DNA of 64,000 bases from Deinococcales bacterium (GTDB lineage Bacteria; Deinococcota; Deinococci; Deinococcales; JAAFIG01): contig JANNVX010000026.1 of NCBI GenBank assembly GCA_031414595.1, positions 1 to 64,000 of the forward strand, read 5' to 3'. This document shows, in pieces, positions 19,793 through 28,240 of the stretch. Position 1 is the stretch's first letter; the number at the start of each line of letters is the position of its first letter. A program made the translations under genes and the position numbers. Below the pieces are notes generated by a model. The model was given only the letters and a program-made list of their open reading frames with translations. It did not search any database and was not told the origin of the DNA.

Positions 19793-21222
19793 TAACGTGA
19801 TCCTTCCCAAGACCGCAAAACAGTAATTGGTATGCTTGAGGCAGATGTCTTTAACACTTGCTGGGCAAATTGACTTGGGACATCACGCCAAAGCAATCGC
19901 ACAGTGACCCGTTGGGTGTTGGCTGGTATTTGAAATATTGAAGAACGAGCTTCACCAGCAGCTAAACGGGTATCTGTAAGAATACTTTTAACCCGCCAAA
20001 TATCATGGCGGGTTAATGGCTGCCCTGTTTTATCAGCCAATACTTGATGGAATACCACCGCATCTTTTGGAATTGCTTGTTGATTATCAAGCACACCTGA
20101 TTGAAACACAACCTTATTTGAAGCATCAAAGGCAAGCACTTCAAGCCACATTTGCCGAAGGTCACTCACGCCTGTTGGAATGTGATGACCAGCCCCAACA
20201 TTCTTTACAATCACTTCCAAGCCTTGCTGAAAACGAACCTCGAGCTTTACAGCTTCTCTAATGGTTAATTTATTTTTCTCGGCTCGAGGTGCTTGAACGG
20301 TACTACCACCACCCAAAGAATGAAAATACAAAGACTGTTTCATCACACCAGACACAACCTCACCAGATTCAGCCACATTAGGAATGCCGTTTTTGGTAAA
20401 ATGACAACCCTGACAAGTAACTCCTTGACGTGCAAAACTCGAGTCTTGCCATTCTTGCCAAGTGTTTTGAATTGCCACACCGTTAATCGAAAATGAATGA
20501 CAAGCCTGACAACCCTTGCCTGAACTGTGCAATTCGCTTTGCATTTCAGCCTGATGCCAAGCAGGACGGGTATTGACCAGCCATTGAGAAGTCAAATCGC
20601 CCAGACTTTTATTACTATTTTTTAAGTAATCACCAAACACATGACGACGCAAACGCCCTGGGTCAAACGTATACGCCCCATTGCCTCCATGAACAGCAGA
20701 AATAGTATGGCAAAAACCACAGGAAACCCCTGCTTGGCTCGAGGTGCTTTCTTTATTGTATAAACCCACTTCGCCCTGCATCAAAGCCACAGGCGCATGG
20801 CAACCAGCGCACAGCCGAACAGAGGCTTCACCTTGTTCAACCGCAAATAACTCTTTTACTTTTAAGTACCAAGTGTCAGTTGCACTAATTGCATGAGCCG
20901 ACAATTGCCATTCATCATGCACCGACTGATGACACTGACCACAAGCCTGCGGCGAAACGAACGCACCATCTGGCATCAAAGCATTTTGTGTATTCCGTGC
21001 CTGTGAAGGCGAAAACAAATTACTCGAGTCAAAGGTATCCCAAGAACCCTCGAGTTGTCCACCAGAACCCCGAGCAAAACCACCTGTATAAAAAGCAGGT
21101 AAATCGCGTGGTGCAAAAGGCTTAGGGGCTACCAAGAGTAAATCTGAGAAGACAAAAGCGCCTGCACCCAAGAAAAACATGGATAACAGCACCACAACAG
21201 GGAGAATACGAGTTTTTTTCAC
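19792..21222 (-). CDS. Multiheme (5 CxxCH) cytochrome c, c554/c552-like
   Basis: CGQCH, CAGCH, CGFCH, CQACH, CQGCH; GH.IPTG..DLRQMWL; N-terminal hydrophobic anchor. Start codon uncertain (21222 or 21255). Confidence 0.85.
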   Translation of the reverse strand: MKKTRILPVVVLLSMFFLGAGAFVFSDLLLVAPKPFAPRDLPAFYTGGFARGSGGQLEGSWDTFDSSNLFSPSQARNTQNALMPDGAFVSPQACGQCHQSVHDEWQLSAHAISATDTWYLKVKELFAVEQGEASVRLCAGCHAPVALMQGEVGLYNKESTSSQAGVSCGFCHTISAVHGGNGAYTFDPGRLRRHVFGDYLKNSNKSLGDLTSQWLVNTRPAWHQAEMQSELHSSGKGCQACHSFSINGVAIQNTWQEWQDSSFARQGVTCQGCHFTKNGIPNVAESGEVVSGVMKQSLYFHSLGGGSTVQAPRAEKNKLTIREAVKLEVRFQQGLEVIVKNVGAGHHIPTGVSDLRQMWLEVLAFDASNKVVFQSGVLDNQQAIPKDAVVFHQVLADKTGQPLTRHDIWRVKSILTDTRLAAGEARSSIFQIPANTQRVTVRLLWRDVPSQFAQQVLKTSASSIPITVLRSWEGSR

Positions 21223-21354
21223 ACCACCACCCTGTAATAGCCTACCAGAAAACACGGTTTAGTTTGGACATGATTGAACAGCAAATAAGACAAGCTGCTC
21301 GAGAACAACCCAGTTGAACTCGAGCAGACCGCAACCAAAGAAAATAGGAATACT

Positions 21355-21600
21355 TTAAGTGTTGGGTTCTTGGTTTGTTTGGGTTTCGGCTGGCTTTTGT
21401 GCCACAACACGTGGAGGGAATAAACGGTCATACAATGTCCAACCAATCACCAAGCCAATAATACGAGCAATATCTTGTGAAATTGGCATTCCAACCAAGC
21501 TAAGAATCCCATAAAAAACCGCTGCACATAAACCACAGAACAGCAAGCGCAAGATAAAGCGACCGAGCAAACCAAAAGAGAGTTTTTCATTTCCATTCAT
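21355..21600 (-). CDS. Small two-TM membrane protein, possible immunity protein of cassette 3
   Basis: SD AGGAG before ATG 21600; two hydrophobic segments; occupies the position of the immunity genes in the other cassettes. Confidence 0.55.
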   Translation of the reverse strand: MNGNEKLSFGLLGRFILRLLFCGLCAAVFYGILSLVGMPISQDIARIIGLVIGWTLYDRLFPPRVVAQKPAETQTNQEPNT

Positions 21601-21913
21601 ATGTGTATCTCCTAGAATGTATTCCATTGAGTAAGGGCTTATTGCCAAAAATCGAAAAATAATTCAGTGTTGTGAGTTGGGCAGTTTGGGCTAAGGTCTG
21701 GCTTCGCGTGGCGACGGTGGGAATGGGTTGCTCGAGTTCGATGTACTCGAATTGCTTGGTGATGGGTTGCTCGAGGGCGGGAGAAGTTGACTCGAGAAGT
21801 GGTGGGCAGTTTTGGGCAAAAGATAGGGATGTAAAAAGAAAAAGCGTGATTAGGACGCTTAGGATTCTCGAGGGGCTAGGGATTTTTATAGGAATTGTTT
21901 GCAAATTAACCAC
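21587..21913 (-). pseudogene. Truncated toxin cassette 3 (signal peptide + conserved linker, toxin domain missing)
   Basis: Shares SRILSVLITLFLFTS.SFAQNCPP...QFEYIELEQPIPTVATRSQT with 22344-23810, followed by only 35 unrelated residues. Confidence 0.6.
21693..21872. repeat. Cassette leader repeat (copy of 23614-23790)
   Basis: Near-identical ~180 bp; homology stops at CTCGAG in both copies. Confidence 0.9.
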
Positions 21914-22334
21914 TTATCGGAATTGGATAAATATATACCCTTAGTATTTTATCAGAGAAAATGAATTTCTCGGCTTTTAGAGTATTAGTTAGCCCACTAA
22001 TATCTTGAAACTCAAGTATTACTTCGCTTTCTAAGGAATCATTTGCGAATGTTTCGAGTTTTTCCATAAATACTAAATCCTTTTCTAAAACAAGCTGTTC
22101 GCTGAATAAGCTTATCTTTTTGATAGAAGGGTCAAATATATGGATTTCTTGATCAAAAAATTCATATAAATATTTGGGGTATTGATTAATAAAGATACTT
22201 TTATATTCAGACCAAGTTGATTCACACTCGGTACATGAAAAAAACTCTTCACCATCTCGAGAATAACCCAATACAATACCCCCACCACCAACCTTAAAAC
22301 AAATCGGACACGGAATACTTTGAAATATCTGCAT
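21906..22334 (-). CDS. Putative immunity protein 2 (Zn-ribbon)
   Basis: CPICFKVGGGG...F.CTECESTW; directly downstream of toxin 2; AT-rich. Confidence 0.7.
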   Translation of the reverse strand: MQIFQSIPCPICFKVGGGGIVLGYSRDGEEFFSCTECESTWSEYKSIFINQYPKYLYEFFDQEIHIFDPSIKKISLFSEQLVLEKDLVFMEKLETFANDSLESEVILEFQDISGLTNTLKAEKFIFSDKILRVYIYPIPISG

Positions 22335-22343
22335 GATGTACCT

Positions 22344-23810
22344 TTAATGACAAAATGAAGGATTACCTGCAAGTTTCTCTCGCAAGTCAAAAGCAAAATC
22401 AATAGGAAACGCGGTAACTACATCCCCAACGGGTGGAATAATTCCGGATGTGTTATTAAAGGTTGCGGAATTTAAAGCCAGAACCATTTGTTGCACAGGA
22501 TTATTATTGTTATCAACACCAATAATTTTTCCAAAATCTATACAAATATTATTACTTCTGGGTGATGGTGGATTTTTTGGCAGTAATCTGCCGGAACGTA
22601 GACCTGTCCAAGTATTATCCAAAAACTCAAACATCTTATCCGCGTTTAACTTTATACCCGCAGCGTTTGCAAAAATACTTTTATTGGCATTTGCAATACC
22701 ATCACCACTATGTTCAATTACGTGTAAGACGCGAGTTTTATCTACAGACCCAACTTTGAATCTTAATCCTCCCGGAGAAAAAAACTCTGTTAAAGTACCC
22801 GCATTTACCAAACTTCTGTCGGCTGCCTTTGTAAAATTACCAAGTTCTTTAAGAATCCATTCTTCAAAATCAGTAATTGGTAGAGCAGCCCTAATTTGAC
22901 TTTCGTTGATTCTATATCTCGAAGACCAATCCTTAATAAGTAGCGTAGCCCATTCTTTTGGAAACGGATAAGCGTTTGGATTACCTAAATTCATTTGCCG
23001 CGCAAAATCACCTAGTGAATTCCCTGTTTGATTAACCAAATCCCAGTAATCATCTGCATTCAACCCGCATTGCACAGCTAATGGTTGTACCCCTTGTCTC
23101 GAGAATGGCAACTTACAACTCTCGAGTATTTCTTTTGCCGTGTCATCAAGGGCTTTACCTCCAGCATTCTCCCCAGATTCATCAATCACGCCTTTCGTAA
23201 ATTTAGCATTACTAATTCTGGTAATCAGTTTTGTGGCTTCATTCCTATAAGCTGTGATACTTCGTGCCAGTCCTAAGCGTTCAACAGTTTTGATCAAAGC
23301 AGTCCGAGCCGCCCCAGAAAATCGGATACTGGCACGGTTGACTACTTTCATAGCAAACATAATTGGTTTCAGAATTGGGTAACTAACAGTGACTTGCAAT
23401 TGACCTGCTAGGGTAGCGGCTGTTACTAAAGCATCAAAGCTCATGCCAATACAACCAAGTTCAGTTTCAAAGAGGTCTACATCTTGATTGGTGGCTAAGT
23501 GAAAAGCACCTTTGACACAATCAATACCAGTTCCTACAATGGGTACCATTCCAATTGCAAATTCAACCGTAGCTGGAATGGCTTTGGTGAACCAATCACC
23601 AATGTTGCCCCAGAAGGTCTGGCTTCGCGTGGCAACAGTGGGAATGGGTTGCTCGAGTTCGATGTACTCGAATTGTGTGGTGATGGATTGCTCGAGGGCG
23701 GGAGAATTGGACTCGAGAGGTGGGCAGTTTTGGGCAAAAGATGGGGATGTGAAAAGAAAAAGCGTGATGAGGACGCTTAGGATTCTCGAGAAGTGACTAA
23801 AAAATAGCAC
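22344..23810 (-). CDS. Polymorphic toxin cassette 2 (signal peptide, shared pre-toxin region, RNase-like C-terminus)
   Basis: About 215 aa nearly identical to the region of 24066-28229 that precedes its toxin domain. Divergent C-terminus SPGGLRF...RVLHVIEH...KSIF...IDFGKIIG...VVTAFP. Confidence 0.75.
   Translation of the reverse strand: MLFFSHFSRILSVLITLFLFTSPSFAQNCPPLESNSPALEQSITTQFEYIELEQPIPTVATRSQTFWGNIGDWFTKAIPATVEFAIGMVPIVGTGIDCVKGAFHLATNQDVDLFETELGCIGMSFDALVTAATLAGQLQVTVSYPILKPIMFAMKVVNRASIRFSGAARTALIKTVERLGLARSITAYRNEATKLITRISNAKFTKGVIDESGENAGGKALDDTAKEILESCKLPFSRQGVQPLAVQCGLNADDYWDLVNQTGNSLGDFARQMNLGNPNAYPFPKEWATLLIKDWSSRYRINESQIRAALPITDFEEWILKELGNFTKAADRSLVNAGTLTEFFSPGGLRFKVGSVDKTRVLHVIEHSGDGIANANKSIFANAAGIKLNADKMFEFLDNTWTGLRSGRLLPKNPPSPRSNNICIDFGKIIGVDNNNNPVQQMVLALNSATFNNTSGIIPPVGDVVTAFPIDFAFDLREKLAGNPSFCH
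23037..23790. repeat. Long repeat shared with 24690-25334 (and 21693-21872)
   Basis: Direct comparison shows ~650 bp of high identity with one 3-nt indel. Confidence 0.9.
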
Positions 23811-24064
23811 TACACTTCCTCATTGTTTAAGTCTAGGTAAACAAAAAATTCTCTAAATGATGCCCTAGTTGGTCCACGTTCAAAATTAGCGCCAAAAATC
23901 TGATTGGATTTTTCTGTACTTAAAATAACATCTTCGTCGCTATACCATGCCGAACTGCATTCGTCGCACATAAAAATCTGTTTATTTGATACCATTTCCA
24001 AATAACGAAATAGCAACCCACCACCACCAATATCGTAGCACACAGGGCATTTAAGTCTTTCCAT
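23810..24064 (-). CDS. Putative immunity protein 1 (Zn-ribbon)
   Basis: ATG 24064 follows the toxin stop after a 1-nt gap; CPVCYDIGGGG...FMCDECSSAW. Confidence 0.7.
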   Translation of the reverse strand: MERLKCPVCYDIGGGGLLFRYLEMVSNKQIFMCDECSSAWYSDEDVILSTEKSNQIFGANFERGPTRASFREFFVYLDLNNEEV

Positions 24065-24065
24065 T

Positions 24066-27000
24066 TCAACACACCGAAGGGAATACAGTTCTGATTTCAG
24101 GAATTGCGGGTATTGGCGAGGCATTTGGTTGAACTAAGCCAAATAGAACACCTGTAACGGGATTACCGTTTCGATCTTGACCAATAATTCTCCCTAGATC
24201 AATACACATATTGTTTGGTCTTGCTGGATTGAAAATAGGGGATGGGTTTCCAGATAAACCACGAGTATAGGCTTCGTCAATGACATCAAAAATCTGAAAA
24301 TCCTCGAAGAGAAATTTACTTTTATTAAGTTCAGTTGAATTTTTACCATGTCTTAGTAAAACGTGTAAAACTCGAGTGCCATCCCCATTCGCACCAGTAT
24401 CTAATCCAAACTTGATACCAGCAGGCGAAATCCATTCTGTGTAAGTTCCAGAAGCAACCAATTTTGGGTCTATAGCCTTACCGAAGTTTTCTAATTGTTT
24501 CAAGCCAAACTCTTCTGCGTCAGTAAACCCAAGACTTGAACTTAATCGGGACGCATGAAGTCTGTATTTCTGAATCCAAGATTGAATTACAAGCTGTGTA
24601 GAAGTTGTAATAAGTGGGCGAGGTGGTCGTCCTAAGTCTGCATCTATGTTACGCAGGGCTTCTTCCATAGAATTTCCAGCTTTGTTTGTCAAATCCCAGT
24701 AATCATCTGCATTCAACCCGCATTGCACAGCCAATGGTCGTACCCCTTGTCTCGAGAATGGCAACCCACAACTCTCGAGAATATCTTTCATTGTGTCATC
24801 AAGTTTTTTACCCCCTGTTTCTACCCCTTCATCAATCACGCCTTTGGTGAATTTTGCATTACTAATTCTGGTCATCAGTTTTACAGCTTCATCCCGATAT
24901 GCTGCAATGCTTCGTGCCAGTCCTAAGCGTTCAACAGTTTTAATCAAAGCAGTTCGAGCCGCCCCAGAGAACCTAATGCTGACAAGGTTGACTTGTTTCA
25001 TCGCAAACATAACTGGTTTTAGTATTGGGTAGGTTGCTGTGACTTGTAATTGACCTGCTAGGGTAGCGGCGGTGACTAAGGCATCGAAACTCATGCCTAT
25101 ACAACCGAGTTCAGTTTCAAAGAGGTCTACATCTTGATTGGTGGCTAAGTGAAAAGCACCTTTAACACAATCAATCCCAGTTCCTACAATGGGTATCATG
25201 CCAATTGCAAATTCAATGGTGGCAGGAATGGATTTATTGAACCAATCACCAATATTGCCCCAGAAGGTCTGGCTTCGCGTGGCAACAGTGGGAATGGGTT
25301 GCTCGAGTTCGATGTACTCAAATTGTTTGGTGATTTCATGTTGATAGGGTTTAACTGGTTTTTCTGTTGCAACACAGAATTGGCAGTCGGGTTGTTTTAA
25401 GTCTGGGTGTGGGGCTATTCCAGATTCGTAGAGTGGTCTTAAACTCAGCTTGTTCTGGGTCAGTATGGTGCTGTTGGCAGTGGTTATTTCTGAGAGTGGG
25501 GATAATTCTGTGTTTGCGTCCACTTGGGCTGTTTTGAGGATTTGCATGGTGTACTGCACTGCACTGGTGGCGTTGGTGTCTGGTATGTGGACAAAAATTG
25601 GAACTTTGGAAACTCCGTTATTGAATTGTCCTCGCCCAGTGATGATGTCATCAACGCCTCGTCCTCGGCGTTCTTCGCCGCGTAATTCCATCATTGGGGC
25701 ATCGCTACCCGTTATTAAGGTGATGGTTCTACCCATTTCGTCTACAGCTTGTATTGGCACTTCGATGGTGACTCTGCCGTTATTCACATCACTGCGTTTG
25801 AACATGTAGGTGCTGCCTTGGACGGCTGTACGGACTCGAGGACTGCTGAGGTTATTGGCAGTAAAGAACGCATCTGGGGCTACACTGACGGTAATGTGTG
25901 GTGTCCAAAGTTGGGCAGGAATGTCCACTCTGCGTGTGTTGGATACCAATTTACCGGCTGATGTTGTGGCATAAAACCGTAAGAAATAGGCTGCGGCTTT
26001 GGGGGCTGATGTGAGTTTAGCGGTAGCTTGGAATGTACCATCGTAACCGTTACTGGTACATTCGACCATTTTGCCTGAATAAGTGTAGTTGCTTTGGTAT
26101 GAAGTCAGTTCAAAACGACAGGATGTGGGAATAATGGTCTCACAAGTTTTGTTTTGCGATCCATAGGCTGTTTGTCGTGTTATACAAGGTAATTTTCCAC
26201 TGGTGGAAAAAGATTTAATGTTTTCTTTCAAGATAATCAGACGTTTACCATCTATTGGCGTAATGCTAATCAGGTTAAACGGGGCAATGTCGTTGTCTTC
26301 AATTTGATCTGGGGTAGGTGGTAACACATATTGGTCGCCTATGGCTTCGGGCAGGGTAATACAGGGTATTTGAATCAGTCCGCGTTCCCGTCCTGTGTAG
26401 CGCTTTGATTGTGGTGGGGCTGTGCCTGCTGGAATCACCGTGGCAACAATGTCACGGTCTATGTCACTGGCGGTGGTGCTACCGTAAAAATTACCGTTTG
26501 CATCGGTAATTCCAAAATTGGTGGTGATGCTTTTGGCGGGTTGTCCATCGGCGTATTTCACACATCCCTGAACTGGGTTTGGGAACCACACACCACCAAT
26601 CCAAGTAAAGTGATTGATTTCATACTCGAGAAATAATTTGCCGTTGATTCTCGAGATTACCCCACTGGTCAGGTCGTCCACCCATTTGTTCTCGAGCGTG
26701 TTGAAATACAAAATATTGATTGGTGTGCCTTCTGCCACAGCAATGTTTTCTTGGAGCGGTAAGTACAATGTGGCTGGTTTCTTAAAAACCAATCCAGTTG
26801 GACCCAAGTGGGCAAAAGCAAGGTAGTAACCATCGTCTGGTAATTCGGGCAGTGTTTCAGGGGCGCGTAAGTGGGTAAATTGAATCGAGGTGGTATCTGC
26901 CAATGCTCCAGCAAGTATTTTTAAGTGTGGACCGTTAATCCCTGCATCTGTTGCGTAGTGAATACCACCTGTCGAACCAATATAACTGGTGTTGTACGTG

Positions 27001-28229
27001 ATTGGCTCGAGGGCAGCCAGTTTTAATTGCTGACTGGTCTCTTGGGTTGTGATTTCAGCATTTCGGTAGAGTGTTTCGTAACCGACAGCTTCAATTTCAA
27101 CCGCGTGCTTGCCAAAAGGTACACCTCGAAGGCTATAAAACCCATCTTGGTCTGAGGTGGTTTTTAACCCTGGAATGCTGATTTCAGCACCAGCGATGCC
27201 TGCTTTGCTGACATAATCAATCACATAGCCTTGGATGTAGTTGTCGGCATTGGCAAGTGGGTCGAGTTTTTTTGCTTCTGGTCCTGCAATGATTTGAAAA
27301 CCTGGATAAATGGTGGCTCGAGTTCCGTCTGGGTTAGCTGCCATGATGCCGTAGTTACTTGGTGGGAATCCGGCTGGAACGGTCACTTTGGCTTCGGTAT
27401 TGGTCACGCTGACATTGCTAAGTTTGGTACTTTGAATGAAGAAACTGGTATTGGTGGTAAAACCACTGCCCTGAATGGTGAGCGTGGCATTTGCATTGTT
27501 GGTCAGGCTAATTGGTTGTACACTCCCAATACTTAATCCTGCTTGTACAATAAAAGCTGTGGCTTGTGGTGTTGGTAGTGCTATTGAAACGGTATAAGTT
27601 TGGCTTGCTTGGAGTGGTGTGCTTGGGGTAAAGACCACTTTGGTGTTGGTATTATTCCAGTCGAAAGTGCCAGCGATGGCGTTGGTCGTATTTGGTATTG
27701 CTCCATTGCAAGGTGTGAGGTTTGCAGCTTTTACATTGTGTTGTTGATTCTCCACAAAAACTCGAGCTGTTTTCTGACCATTCTTGGTGGTAAAGTACAC
27801 ATCACTGCCTGCTGGGACAATGCCATTGCCTTCTTCGCGATTGTTACCTGCTGGGTTGTAAATATCCCAAGTAAATATGACGTGGCTTGAGTTTGGATTG
27901 CGTACTCGCCAACGCCCATTGCACATGCTGGTCAAGCCCAATTTGGTGGTTGGTGTTGTGGTATATGTTCCAGTTAAGAGGCTAAAAGCACGTCCTATGG
28001 TAGCTGGAATTTGTGGTTGAGTAAATTGGACAGTAATTGGTGTTTTAGGGGTGGTCAGACTGGCGTGGGTTGGTGTGACTGCACTCACCAAACTGGACAT
28101 AATTGGGTTGGGGATGGGTGTATTTTGAATTTGTGAAATATTGGGAAGTTCATCTTCGGGTTGAGTGTTGAATAAACCGCAAGCCGACAGAAAAACAGCC
28201 AATCCTATTGTCAATATATATTTGGTCAT
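24066..28229 (-). CDS. Large lipoprotein polymorphic toxin: Ig-like (Big_5, IPT/TIG, carboxypeptidase-regulatory-like), ZU5-like, pre-toxin region, C-terminal RNase-like toxin
   Basis: Lipobox LSAC; V.FTP.TPL..SQTYTV; LTIQGSGF; GPTGLVFKKPATL.LP...NHFTW; C-terminal SPAGIKFG...RVLHVLLRH...SKF...IDEAY...IDLGRIIG...IRTVFP. Confidence 0.75.
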   Translation of the reverse strand: MTKYILTIGLAVFLSACGLFNTQPEDELPNISQIQNTPIPNPIMSSLVSAVTPTHASLTTPKTPITVQFTQPQIPATIGRAFSLLTGTYTTTPTTKLGLTSMCNGRWRVRNPNSSHVIFTWDIYNPAGNNREEGNGIVPAGSDVYFTTKNGQKTARVFVENQQHNVKAANLTPCNGAIPNTTNAIAGTFDWNNTNTKVVFTPSTPLQASQTYTVSIALPTPQATAFIVQAGLSIGSVQPISLTNNANATLTIQGSGFTTNTSFFIQSTKLSNVSVTNTEAKVTVPAGFPPSNYGIMAANPDGTRATIYPGFQIIAGPEAKKLDPLANADNYIQGYVIDYVSKAGIAGAEISIPGLKTTSDQDGFYSLRGVPFGKHAVEIEAVGYETLYRNAEITTQETSQQLKLAALEPITYNTSYIGSTGGIHYATDAGINGPHLKILAGALADTTSIQFTHLRAPETLPELPDDGYYLAFAHLGPTGLVFKKPATLYLPLQENIAVAEGTPINILYFNTLENKWVDDLTSGVISRINGKLFLEYEINHFTWIGGVWFPNPVQGCVKYADGQPAKSITTNFGITDANGNFYGSTTASDIDRDIVATVIPAGTAPPQSKRYTGRERGLIQIPCITLPEAIGDQYVLPPTPDQIEDNDIAPFNLISITPIDGKRLIILKENIKSFSTSGKLPCITRQTAYGSQNKTCETIIPTSCRFELTSYQSNYTYSGKMVECTSNGYDGTFQATAKLTSAPKAAAYFLRFYATTSAGKLVSNTRRVDIPAQLWTPHITVSVAPDAFFTANNLSSPRVRTAVQGSTYMFKRSDVNNGRVTIEVPIQAVDEMGRTITLITGSDAPMMELRGEERRGRGVDDIITGRGQFNNGVSKVPIFVHIPDTNATSAVQYTMQILKTAQVDANTELSPLSEITTANSTILTQNKLSLRPLYESGIAPHPDLKQPDCQFCVATEKPVKPYQHEITKQFEYIELEQPIPTVATRSQTFWGNIGDWFNKSIPATIEFAIGMIPIVGTGIDCVKGAFHLATNQDVDLFETELGCIGMSFDALVTAATLAGQLQVTATYPILKPVMFAMKQVNLVSIRFSGAARTALIKTVERLGLARSIAAYRDEAVKLMTRISNAKFTKGVIDEGVETGGKKLDDTMKDILESCGLPFSRQGVRPLAVQCGLNADDYWDLTNKAGNSMEEALRNIDADLGRPPRPLITTSTQLVIQSWIQKYRLHASRLSSSLGFTDAEEFGLKQLENFGKAIDPKLVASGTYTEWISPAGIKFGLDTGANGDGTRVLHVLLRHGKNSTELNKSKFLFEDFQIFDVIDEAYTRGLSGNPSPIFNPARPNNMCIDLGRIIGQDRNGNPVTGVLFGLVQPNASPIPAIPEIRTVFPSVC
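24690..25334. repeat. Pre-toxin repeat copy within the large gene
   Basis: Aligns to 23037-23684. Confidence 0.9.
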
Positions 28230-28240
28230 AAATTCCTCAA

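Noticed and set aside
21587-25334. Diversity-generating retroelement or CRISPR-like explanation for the long repeats
   Set aside because: No reverse transcriptase, differences are not adenine-specific, and the repeats are coding paralogous segments.
24066-28229. Rhs/YD, CdiA or T6SS effector assignment
   Set aside because: No YD repeats, DPxG core end, haemagglutinin repeats, VENN or PAAR motifs; the protein starts with a lipobox.
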